Shown: positions 25,155-33,335, numbered from the stretch's first letter. The stretch is DNA of 63,051 nt from Azospirillaceae bacterium (GCA_035627915.1 DASPKT010000427.1:1-63051); one strand, 5' to 3'. Translations and numbers: made by a program. The notes: a model not told the origin generated them from the letters alone.

Positions 25155-26513
25155 TCAGAACCGCAGCGTGAACACGGTCCCGCCGCCGTCGGCGTCCGAG
25201 ACGCCGATGGTGCCGCCGTGGGCCAGCATGATCTGGCGGCAGAGCGACAGGCCGACGCCGGAGCCCTCGCGCTTGGTGGTGAAGAAGGGGACGAAGATCT
25301 TGTCGGCGACCTCGGGCGGGATGCCGGGGCCGTTGTCGGCGACCGACAGGATGACGCGGCCGTACTCGTCCAGGTGGGCGGCGACGCGGATGGCGGCGCC
25401 CTCGCGCCCCGCCAGCGCCTCCGCGGCGTTCTTCACCAGGTTGATCAGCACCTGGTCCAGCATGTCGGCGTCGGCCAGCACCTCCAGGCTGGGCGGCAGG
25501 ACCAGCGTGTCCAGCGCCACCCCGCGCTCCGCCAGCGCCGGGCCCATCAGCTTCTCCAGCCGCTCCATCATGTCCTTCAGGCGGAACCGCTCCATCTGCG
25601 GGCGCGGCACCTGGGTGAACTGGCGGTAGCGCTCCACGAAGCGCAGCAGCCCGCCGGCGCGGCGGGTCACCGTGTCCATCGCCTCCGCCACGTCGTTGAG
25701 GTCTTCGGCCAGGTCCTGCCTGTCGGCCAGCCGCTCCCGCAGGTCGCCCAGCAGCGACTGGGCGGTGCGGGCCAGCGAGGAGACGGGGGTCAGCGAGTTC
25801 ATCATCTCGTGCGTCAGCACCCGCACCAGGTCGTGCCAGGCGCGCACCTCCGTCGCCTCCAGCTCGCCCCCGATGTTCTGGAGGGAGACCAGCATGCGCG
25901 ACTCGCCGCCGATGGTCATCTGGGTCGCCTGGACGGTCAGCTGCTGAAGCCCCGGGCCGCCCACCACCTTCACCAGCCGCCGCTCCCCCGGCTTCAGGGT
26001 GCGCAGCGCGTCGGCGACGGTGCCGCCCTCGTCCAGCCGGCGGATCAGGTCCTCGTGCCCCAGCAGCTTGCGCGCGGCGTTGTTCAGCAGCTCCACCCGG
26101 CCGTCGGGGAAGACGGCGGCCAGCGCCACCGGCACGTGCTCCACCAGCACGTTCAGGTAGTCGGCCTGCTGCTCCTTGTCGGCGCGGGTGGCGCGGAACT
26201 TCTCCAGCACGCCGGAGAAGGCGGTGCCCAGCTCGTCGAAGGCGGTGCCGAGGCCCCGCATGGAGAAGCTCTGCTGGAAGTCGGAATGGGCGATGGCGGT
26301 CAGGAAGCGCGACAGCTCCCGGTTCGTCGTCTGCACCACCCGCAAGAGCCCGCCGATCTGAAGCAGCAGCGCCACCGCGACCAGGAACGCCGTCGCCCGG
26401 TACTCGGTGGCGACCAGCAGGATGCCCAGCAGCATGGAGGTGAGCGCCAGCAGCGCCACCCGGATGGTGACGTTCAGCTCGAACCGGCGTGCGCCGACAC
26501 GCTCAAAGCCCAT
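25155..26513 (-). CDS. Sensor histidine kinase with two closely spaced TM helices, a PAS-like region, HisKA and HATPase_c
   Basis: H-box is LTHEMMNSLTPV, N-box is LINLVKNAAEA, and G-boxes are DNGPGI and GSGVGLSL. The N-terminus has TM1 (TIRVALLALTSMLLGILLVA), a loop of only TEYR(A), then TM2 (TAFLVAVALLLQIGGLLRVV). Its start overlaps the regulator stop by 11 nt. Confidence 0.85.
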   Translation of the reverse strand: MGFERVGARRFELNVTIRVALLALTSMLLGILLVATEYRATAFLVAVALLLQIGGLLRVVQTTNRELSRFLTAIAHSDFQQSFSMRGLGTAFDELGTAFSGVLEKFRATRADKEQQADYLNVLVEHVPVALAAVFPDGRVELLNNAARKLLGHEDLIRRLDEGGTVADALRTLKPGERRLVKVVGGPGLQQLTVQATQMTIGGESRMLVSLQNIGGELEATEVRAWHDLVRVLTHEMMNSLTPVSSLARTAQSLLGDLRERLADRQDLAEDLNDVAEAMDTVTRRAGGLLRFVERYRQFTQVPRPQMERFRLKDMMERLEKLMGPALAERGVALDTLVLPPSLEVLADADMLDQVLINLVKNAAEALAGREGAAIRVAAHLDEYGRVILSVADNGPGIPPEVADKIFVPFFTTKREGSGVGLSLCRQIMLAHGGTIGVSDADGGGTVFTLRF

Positions 26514-27921
26514 GCTTTTCCATCCGGCGGTAAAGGGAGGCGCGGGTGATGCCGAGCTCGTCCGCGGTGTGGCTGATGTTGCCGGCGTGCTTCTCCAGCG
26601 CGCGGCGGATCACCTCGCGCTCCACCGCCTCAAGGTCCAGCGTCTTCAGGCTGAGCTCGCCGTCCGCGGCCGGGGCCGCGGCGGGGGCGGCGGCCGGCGC
26701 CGGGGCCGGCTGGCCGCCGGTGGAGGGCAGGGAGAAGTCCTCCGCCTCCAGCACGTCGGCGCCGGACAGGATCATCGCGCGCTCCACCGCGTGGCGCAGC
26801 GCGCGCACGTTGCCGGGCCATCGGTAGCTCATCAGCCGTTGCAGCGCCTCCGCCGAGACGCGCTTGCGCGGCATGTTGTACTTGCGGGCGTAGATGCCGA
26901 TGAAATGCTCCAGCAGGGCCGGGATGTCGTCGGGGCGGTCGCGCAGGGGGGGCAGGTTCAGCTCCACCGTGTTGACGCGGTAGAGCAGGTCCTGGCGGAA
27001 CATGTCCTCGCGCTGCAGCTGCTCCACCGGCATGTTGGTGGCGCAGATCAGGCGCACGTCGATGGGGATCGGCTTGTTGCCGCCGACGGGGAGCACCACC
27101 CGCTGCTCCAGCACCGACAGCAGCTTGCTCTGGAGGTAGAGGGGCAGGTTGCCGATCTCGTCCAGGAACAGGGTGCCGCCCTGGGCGGCGACGAAGCGGC
27201 CGATGCGGTCGTCCTTGGCGTCGGTGAAGGCGCCGCGCTTGTGGCCGAACAGCTCGCTCTCGAACAGCGTCTCCGCCACCGCACCCAGGTCGACCGAGAC
27301 GAAGACCTGGTCGGCGCGGCGGGAGCGGCGGTGGATCTCCCGCGCGATGACCTCCTTGCCGGTGCCGTTCTCGCCCAGGATCAGGACGTTGGCGTCGGTG
27401 GGGGCGGCGCGGTCGACCAGGTCCAGCACCCGGCGCATGACCGGGGAGCTTCCCACCAGCGAGGTCGGCGGGCCGTCCAGCGCCGCCGTCAGCTCCTTGT
27501 TGCGGGCCCCCAGGTGCGCCGCCTCGCGCCGGGACGCCGTCAGCTTGATGGCGGACAGCAGCGTCGCCACCAGCCGCTCGTTCTGCCAGGGCTTCAGCAC
27601 GAAGTCGGTGGCGCCCTGCTTCATCGCGTCCACCGCCGTGCCGACGTCGCCGTAGGCGGTGATGAGGATGACCGACAGCGTGGCATCGATCTCCAGCACC
27701 TTCTTCAGCCACTGGAACCCCTCGCGCCCGGTGTTGGCGCCGATGGCGAAGTTCATGTCCAGCAGCACCGCGTCGAAGGCGTTCTCCTTCAGCAGCACCG
27801 GGATGCGGTCGGGGCGGGATTCCGTGTGGACGGCGATGCCCTCTCGCTTCAGCAGCAGGCGGGCGGCGATCAGGATGTCCTCGTCGTCGTCCACCATCAG
27901 GACGCGGCCGGCGGTGGCCAT
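26503..27921 (-). CDS. Sigma-54-dependent response regulator (NtrC-family enhancer-binding protein)
   Basis: Receiver domain (VLMVDDDEDIL...DAVLLDMNF...KP). AAA+ domain with Walker A GENGTGKE, a GAFT loop variant (GHKRGAFTDA) and ESELFGH. C-terminal Fis-type HTH (NISHTADELGITRASLYRRM). Confidence 0.9.
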   Translation of the reverse strand: MATAGRVLMVDDDEDILIAARLLLKREGIAVHTESRPDRIPVLLKENAFDAVLLDMNFAIGANTGREGFQWLKKVLEIDATLSVILITAYGDVGTAVDAMKQGATDFVLKPWQNERLVATLLSAIKLTASRREAAHLGARNKELTAALDGPPTSLVGSSPVMRRVLDLVDRAAPTDANVLILGENGTGKEVIAREIHRRSRRADQVFVSVDLGAVAETLFESELFGHKRGAFTDAKDDRIGRFVAAQGGTLFLDEIGNLPLYLQSKLLSVLEQRVVLPVGGNKPIPIDVRLICATNMPVEQLQREDMFRQDLLYRVNTVELNLPPLRDRPDDIPALLEHFIGIYARKYNMPRKRVSAEALQRLMSYRWPGNVRALRHAVERAMILSGADVLEAEDFSLPSTGGQPAPAPAAAPAAAPAADGELSLKTLDLEAVEREVIRRALEKHAGNISHTADELGITRASLYRRMEKHGL

Positions 27922-27976
27922 GGTCGGTCGTGCTCGTGTCGTGGAAGGGGCGTCGTGGAAAGGGCGTCGGGGGCGG

Positions 27977-28005
27977 TGTCCGGATGCGGACAGGGCAACT
28001 GTCCG
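27977..28005. promoter_or_regulatory. Candidate enhancer (UAS): TGTCCG-GATG-CGGACA palindrome plus an overlapping GGACAG-N5-CTGTCC
   Basis: A 16-bp palindrome lies at 27977-27992, and a third TGTCCG half-site at 28000-28005. It sits ~100 bp upstream of a sigma-54 -24/-12 element. The same 16-mer occurs as its reverse complement at 33428-33443. Confidence 0.55.
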
Positions 28006-28089
28006 ATATCGTACATCTGCACGGAAGCGAACGCATCCATTTTCGGCCGCATCCGGTCAGGAACCCAGGATTTCCGCGGCTTCCCGATC

Positions 28090-28104
28090 TGGCACGCCCC
28101 TTGC
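28090..28104 (+). promoter_or_regulatory. Sigma-54 (-24/-12) promoter TGGCAC-GCCCC-TTGC
   Basis: cTGGCACGccccTTGCc matches YTGGCACG-N4-TTGCW with correct spacing. It lies 48 nt upstream of the small-ORF ATG at 28152 and next to the divergent sigma-54 EBP gene. Confidence 0.7.
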
Positions 28105-28151
28105 CATCAGGGGAACAACGGACCGACACCTTCACTCAAGGGAAGCCAGCC

Positions 28152-28298
28152 ATGACCGACATCTCCATCCAGGCCACCGACACCTTCTCCTTCGGCAGCT
28201 TCCTGCGCGACGTGGTCGCCGAGCTGGCGAACCCGACGCTGGCCGTCGCCGCCGCCTTCGCCTGCGTGACGGTGAAGATGTTCGCCGGCTTCATGTGA
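28152..28298 (+). CDS. Small (48 aa) predicted membrane peptide, unknown family
   Basis: MTDISIQATDTFSFGSFLRDVVAELANPTLAVAAAFACVTVKMFAGFM. AAGGGA lies 9-14 nt upstream of the ATG. G/C third positions are strongly preferred (about 46 of 48 sense codons by eye). The C-terminus is a hydrophobic helix. The gene is the first in a sigma-54 transcript. It is a paralogue-like counterpart of 33561..33713. Confidence 0.5.
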   Translation: MTDISIQATDTFSFGSFLRDVVAELANPTLAVAAAFACVTVKMFAGFM

Positions 28299-28357
28299 TC
28301 GGGGTCGAGTAAAGCCGGCAAACCTCCGGGCGGGGGCCCAGGGCGGGGAGGGAAGAA

Positions 28358-30811
28358 ATGTTCCAGCACTACGCGACCATGGCCTGGCGCAACCTTGCGC
28401 GCCACCGGCTGCACGCCGCGATCAACCTGCTCGGCCTCAGCGTCGGGCTGGCGGCGGCGCTGCTGATCTTCATGTATGTGCGCCACGAACTCTCCTACGA
28501 GCGGCATTTCGCCAATTCCGACCGCATCTACCGCCTGGCGACGGAGCCGCTGGAGCCGGGGCAGGGCGACGACGGGCGCAAGCACGCCCTGTCGCCGCAG
28601 CCGATGGCCGAGCTGCTGATGCAGGCCGCCGACCAGATCGGCATCGAGGCGGCGACCCGGTACGAGTTCGGGACCTTCATCCTGGCGCGGGGCGAGGCGC
28701 GCTTCTTCGAGAAGACCACCTTCGTCCACGCGGACTTCTTCCGCATGTTCGACTTCCCCTTCCGCCACGGTGACCCGGCGACGGCCCTGGCGACGCCGGA
28801 CGGGATGGTGATGTCCCGCGAGCTGGCCCAGAAATACTTCGGCGACGCCGATCCCATCGGCCAGGCCATCCTGGTCAACAACAAGCACCTGTTCCGCGTC
28901 ACCGGCGTGCTGGACGAGCCGCGCGGCCCGTCGGAGCTGGAGGGGGAGCTGTTCGTCTCCACCGCCAACCCGGTCCTGTCGCCGCCGCTGTGGATGAACC
29001 AGAACGGCCCGTCCTTCGTGATGGCGCGGCCCGGCGTCAGCCAGGCGGAGCTGCAGCGCCGCATGGACGGGGCGCTGGAGGGGCTGCTGCCGCAGCAGGC
29101 GGTCGAGGACAACGGCCGCTTCCGCGTCCTGCTGGAGCGGCTGGCCGACACCCACCTGCATTCCGGGCGCTGGGTCTTCATCAACCAGGCCCCGGCCTCC
29201 GCCGACACGGTCTACGCCATGATCGGCATCGGGCTGGCGCTGCTGGCGATGGTCGCCATCAACTACACCAACCTCTCCACCGCGCGGGCCACCCTGCGCG
29301 CAAAGGAGATCGGCCTGCGCAAGGCGCTGGGCGCCGGCCGGGCGCAGCTGATCCGGCAGTTCATCGGCGAGTCGGTGGCGCTGTCGCTGGCCGGCCTGCT
29401 GCTGGCGCTGGTGCTGGTGGAGCTGTCGCAGACGGCCTTCGCCGACCATCTCGGCATCCGCTTCATGGGCTCCCTCGTGGGCGATCCCGTGGCGCTGCTG
29501 GCAGGCCTCGCCCTGGCGCTCGGCCTCGGCCTGCTGGGCGGCGCCTATCCGGCGCTGGTGCTGAGCGGCTTCCGCCCGGCCGCGGTGCTGCGCGCCGCCC
29601 GGGTGAACGTCGGCCCGGCCTCGCGGCTGCGCCAGGTGCTGGTCGTCACCCAGTTCGCCACCGCCGTGGTGCTCGCCATCTCCACCGTCGTCGTCTATGC
29701 CCAGGCCCGCTACGGCGCCACCGCCAACCTGGGCTTCCAGCCGGAGATGCGGGTGGTGCTGTCCGGCCTCGACCGCGAGCCCGTGGTGCAGCGGCGCGAG
29801 GTGCTGCGGGAGGAGATGCTGCGCATCCAAGGCGTCACCGGTGCCGCCACCTCCTGGATCGTGCCGGGCGCCTCGGGCTCCATGGGGCGCGGGCTCAGGC
29901 GGGCCGACCAGTCGCCGGAGGACGACACCAACGTCCAGCTCTTCCGCATCGGGCACGAGTACCTGGACGTGCTGGGCGTGCGCCTGCTGGCCGGCCGCAC
30001 CTTCTCCCGCGAGGTCCCCGCCGACGTGATGCCCCCGGCCAGCCGCGGCCCTGTCACCGGTGCCGTCAACGTGGTCATCAACCGCGAGGCGGTGCGCCGG
30101 CTGGGCTTCGCCTCGCCCGAGGCGGCGCTGGGCCAGCCGCTGGTCTTCGAGGACGACAACCGCGATCCCGTCACGGTCGTCGTGGTCGGGGTCAGCGACA
30201 ACGTCCGCCAGCACAGCGCCCGCAGCGAGATCCGCCCGGCCCTCTACATCGTGGAGCAGGAGGGGGTGTACCCGCAGTCCTTCATGACCCTGACCCTGGA
30301 CGGGCGCGAGCTGGACCGGACGCTTGCCGCCATCGACGCCACCTGGCGCCGCTTCGCCCCCGACCTCCCGGTGCGCCGGCGCTTCCTGGACGACCAGCTG
30401 GAGGCCATGTACCTCCAGGACCGGCGCCTTGCCGGCGTGCTGGCGGGCTTCTCCGGCCTGACCCTGGTCATCGCCTGCCTGGGCCTGTTCGCCCTGGCCG
30501 CCAGCGAGGCGGAGCGGCGGACCAAGGAGATCGGCGTGCGCAAGGTGCTGGGCGCCGGCGTGCCCGCCCTGGTGCGGCTCATGGTGTGGCAGTTCTCCCG
30601 CCCCGTCGCCATCGCCATCCTGATCGCCTGGCCGCTCGCCTGGTGGATGATGGGGAACTGGCTGCAGGGCTTCGTCCACCGCATCCCGCTGGACCCCACC
30701 CTGTTCCTCCTGACCGGGGTGGCTACCCTGTTGGTGGCATGGATGACCGTCGCCGGTCACGCGTTCAAGGTAGCGTCGGCCAGGCCCATCCAGGCCCTCC
30801 GATACGAGTAA
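28358..30811 (+). CDS. ABC transporter permease, duplicated FtsX/MacB-type (permease 1, 817 aa)
   Basis: The N-terminal TM is MFQHYATMAWRNLARHRLHAAINLLGLSVGLAAALLIF. It has two large extracytoplasmic domains, each followed by an FtsX-type 3-TM bundle (...KEIGLRKALGA... and ...KEIGVRKVLGA...). The C-terminus is ...IQALRYE. No ATPase gene lies in its operon. Confidence 0.85.
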   Translation: MFQHYATMAWRNLARHRLHAAINLLGLSVGLAAALLIFMYVRHELSYERHFANSDRIYRLATEPLEPGQGDDGRKHALSPQPMAELLMQAADQIGIEAATRYEFGTFILARGEARFFEKTTFVHADFFRMFDFPFRHGDPATALATPDGMVMSRELAQKYFGDADPIGQAILVNNKHLFRVTGVLDEPRGPSELEGELFVSTANPVLSPPLWMNQNGPSFVMARPGVSQAELQRRMDGALEGLLPQQAVEDNGRFRVLLERLADTHLHSGRWVFINQAPASADTVYAMIGIGLALLAMVAINYTNLSTARATLRAKEIGLRKALGAGRAQLIRQFIGESVALSLAGLLLALVLVELSQTAFADHLGIRFMGSLVGDPVALLAGLALALGLGLLGGAYPALVLSGFRPAAVLRAARVNVGPASRLRQVLVVTQFATAVVLAISTVVVYAQARYGATANLGFQPEMRVVLSGLDREPVVQRREVLREEMLRIQGVTGAATSWIVPGASGSMGRGLRRADQSPEDDTNVQLFRIGHEYLDVLGVRLLAGRTFSREVPADVMPPASRGPVTGAVNVVINREAVRRLGFASPEAALGQPLVFEDDNRDPVTVVVVGVSDNVRQHSARSEIRPALYIVEQEGVYPQSFMTLTLDGRELDRTLAAIDATWRRFAPDLPVRRRFLDDQLEAMYLQDRRLAGVLAGFSGLTLVIACLGLFALAASEAERRTKEIGVRKVLGAGVPALVRLMVWQFSRPVAIAILIAWPLAWWMMGNWLQGFVHRIPLDPTLFLLTGVATLLVAWMTVAGHAFKVASARPIQALRYE

Positions 30812-30842
30812 GGGCTTGCATCCGTTCCCTGCTCGTGACCTG

Positions 30843-30880
30843 GGGCCCGTCCGGACCGCTCTCCGGACGGGCCCGTTTTC
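30843..30880 (+). terminator. Rho-independent terminator
   Basis: GGGCCCGTCCGGA-ccgctc-TCCGGACGGGCCC forms a 13-bp perfect stem and is followed by GTTTTCCTTT. It lies 32 nt after the permease-1 stop. Confidence 0.75.
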
Positions 30881-30995
30881 CTTTGGGTTCTTTGCGGGGG
30901 CGTTCCGGCCATGCCCGCCTCAGCGGCAGTGGGGGGGCGGGGACAGTCCGGCGACAGCATGTGGCCTGAGCGCTCCCGGTCCCGACACTCACCCC

Positions 30996-31134
30996 GTCAT
31001 TCCCGCGGAGGCGGGAATCCAGGCATTCAGCGTGCTATGTCCCTGGGCGGAAAGGCGCCCACGTCACCGCCGGCGCCCTTTGCCCGGGTTGGACAGCAGG
31101 CCGAATACCTGGACCCCGCCTCCGCGGGGGTGAC
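30996..31134. repeat. 139-bp REP/MITE-like element bounded by palindromic modules
   Basis: Left end GTCATTCCCGCGGAGGCGGGAATCCAGG. Right end CCTGGACCCCGCCTCCGCGGGGGTGAC. It is homologous in ends, length and internal ends to 8978..9117. Confidence 0.65.
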
Positions 31135-31169
31135 GGCAAAAGGCGCGGAGGGCGCCCCCGTCCCCTATC

Positions 31170-33335
31170 TCACCCCGGCACGCTGCGCGGGGTGCGGTGG
31201 CGGCCGGAGCGGGTGAGCTCCTCCTCCAGGGCGGCGACCAGGTCGGCGACGGCGAAGGGCTTGGGCAGGAGGCGCGCCTCGTCCTTCGGCACCAGCTCCT
31301 CGCTGTAGCCGGTCATCAGCACGACCGGCAGCAGGGGCCAGCGCTGGCGCACGATGCGCAGCAGGCCGACGCCGCTGAGCTCCCCCGGCATGACGATGTC
31401 GCTCAGCACCAGGTCCGCCTCGTCGCCGGCCTCCAGCATCCGCAGCGCCTCGTCGCCCGAGGTGGCGCGGCGCAGGCTGTAGCCGAGGTCGCCCAGGATG
31501 GCGCTCAGCATGCTGCCGACGACCGGGTCGTCCTCGACCAGCAAAATGCGGCCGCCGACCGCGTTCAGGCTGCGCCGCAGGTCGCCGCGGCCGGCCGCCG
31601 GCACCTTGTCGGAGCGCGGCAGCAGGATGGTGACCGTCGTGCCGAGGCCCTGGCGGCTGTCGATCAGGATGGTGCCGTGCGACTGGCGGGCGAAGCCGTA
31701 GGCCTGGCTGAGGCCGAGGCCGGTGCCGCCGTTCGCCTGCTTGGTGGTGAAGAAGGGCTCGAACGCGCGGGCCACCGTGTCGGGCGACATGCCGGCGCCG
31801 GTGTCCTCCACCGACAGGGCGACGTAGGCGCCGGTCAGCTCGCCCGGGTCCACGCCGGCGCTGCGGTTGGTGTTGCGCGCGCGGATGGTCAGCACGCCCG
31901 GTTCCGGCATTGCGTCGCGGGCGTTCGCCAGGATGTTGAGGATCGTGACCTCGAACTGGGTCTGGTCCACCTCGACCGTCCAGAGGTCGGGGGCGATGTC
32001 CACCTCGAGCCTGATGTCGGGGCGCAGCGTGCGCGCCATCAGCTCCGACATGGCGAGCAGCTGGTCGCGGATGGCGATCGGCTTGGGCTCCAGCGGCTGG
32101 CGGCGCGCGAAGGCGAGAAGCTGCCGGGTCAGCTTGGCGCCGCGGTCGACGGCCTGGTGCCCGGCCTGGAGCACGGGCGCCAGGCCGGCGGCGGACGCCT
32201 TGCGCTCCACCAGGGTCAGGCAGGCCGCCATGGCCTGGAGCAGGTTGTTGAAGTCGTGCGCGACGCCGCGGGTCATCTGGCCCATGGCCTCCAGCCGCCG
32301 CGCCGCCTCGTAGGCGATGTCCTGGCGGCGGCGGATGCGCAGCTCGCGCACGAACAGCCAGGCGAACAGCCCGGCCAGGGCGACGCAGAGCAGCCCGCCG
32401 CCGGCCATCAGCAGGGCGGCCTGCCGCAGCGGCGCCGCGAAGATCTCCCGGGGCAGGCCGAAATGGATGGACCAGCCGACATCCGGCAGCTTGCGGTAGA
32501 CCGAGCGCAGCGGGAACCCGTCCAGCCCGACGCTGTCGTAGAAGCCCTCCGGCTCCTCCCGGCGGACCTGGAGCACGCGGGCGCTGGCCATGGTGCCGAC
32601 CAGCGCCTCGTCGCCGCGGGTGCGGGCGACGATGTGGCCGCTGCCGTCCACCACCACGCCGATCCAGTCGGAGGGCAGCCCGTTCGCCAGCAGGATCTCC
32701 TTGAGGTGGCGGGGATCGACCACGGCGGACAGCAGGTAGCGCAGCCTTCCGTCGCGCACGACGGGCACCCGCACCGCGAAGGCCGCCCGGTTGCGCGGGC
32801 CGCGCAGGACCGTGCCGACGACCGGCGCGCCCGTGGCGACGGCGCGGGCGTGGCTCTCCAGGTCGACGACCTTGCCGGGGGCGCCGGCCACCTGCTCGGG
32901 CGCGTCGGCCAGCCGGTTGCCCTCCGGGTCGCTCAGGACCAGCGTCTTCCACAGGGGCTGGTGCGCCCGCGCCCGCTCCGCCATGGCGAAGAAGGCGGCG
33001 CGGTCGAAGCCGCCGGCGTCAACCGGCAGCGCCGCCGCCAGCATCTGCAGGCTGGCGACCTGGGCCGCCAGGTCGCCCTCCAGCCGCTGGGTCAGGTGCG
33101 CCACGCGGTTGGCGGCATCCTGCTCCATCGCCGCCTGCCGCTGTTGCAGCCAGGCGGCGCCCAGCATGACCGACAGCCCGACGATGGGCAGCAGGGCCGC
33201 CAGCGCCAGCAGGCTGAGGTGCCGCTGGGAAGAGGGACTGCCCGCGCGGCCGGACGGGGAACCGGGACGGGATCGGAGCGGCCACAAGGCGTCTGGCGTC
33301 CCTTCGCTGGATGCCGGGGCGGCGGGGAGCGGCAT
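31170..33335 (-). CDS. Hybrid sensor histidine kinase/response regulator with a periplasmic Cache-like sensor domain
   Basis: 721 aa. TM1 is followed by ~270 aa of extracytoplasmic domain, then TM2. H-box MTRGVAHDFNNLLQAM. HATPase motifs NILANARDAM, DTGAGM and GTGLGLS. C-terminal receiver (ILLVEDDPVV...DLVLSDIVMP...KP). Confidence 0.85.
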   Translation of the reverse strand: MPLPAAPASSEGTPDALWPLRSRPGSPSGRAGSPSSQRHLSLLALAALLPIVGLSVMLGAAWLQQRQAAMEQDAANRVAHLTQRLEGDLAAQVASLQMLAAALPVDAGGFDRAAFFAMAERARAHQPLWKTLVLSDPEGNRLADAPEQVAGAPGKVVDLESHARAVATGAPVVGTVLRGPRNRAAFAVRVPVVRDGRLRYLLSAVVDPRHLKEILLANGLPSDWIGVVVDGSGHIVARTRGDEALVGTMASARVLQVRREEPEGFYDSVGLDGFPLRSVYRKLPDVGWSIHFGLPREIFAAPLRQAALLMAGGGLLCVALAGLFAWLFVRELRIRRRQDIAYEAARRLEAMGQMTRGVAHDFNNLLQAMAACLTLVERKASAAGLAPVLQAGHQAVDRGAKLTRQLLAFARRQPLEPKPIAIRDQLLAMSELMARTLRPDIRLEVDIAPDLWTVEVDQTQFEVTILNILANARDAMPEPGVLTIRARNTNRSAGVDPGELTGAYVALSVEDTGAGMSPDTVARAFEPFFTTKQANGGTGLGLSQAYGFARQSHGTILIDSRQGLGTTVTILLPRSDKVPAAGRGDLRRSLNAVGGRILLVEDDPVVGSMLSAILGDLGYSLRRATSGDEALRMLEAGDEADLVLSDIVMPGELSGVGLLRIVRQRWPLLPVVLMTGYSEELVPKDEARLLPKPFAVADLVAALEEELTRSGRHRTPRSVPG

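Noticed and set aside
28136-30760. 874-aa minus-strand ORF opposite permease 1, and the analogous 35361..38240, 38210..40666, 40708..43191 and 43233..45698 ORFs opposite permeases 2-5
   Set aside because: These are antisense shadow frames. Their translations are dominated by G, A, R, Q, H and D runs without TM segments or domains, whereas the sense frames encode coherent FtsX-type permeases.
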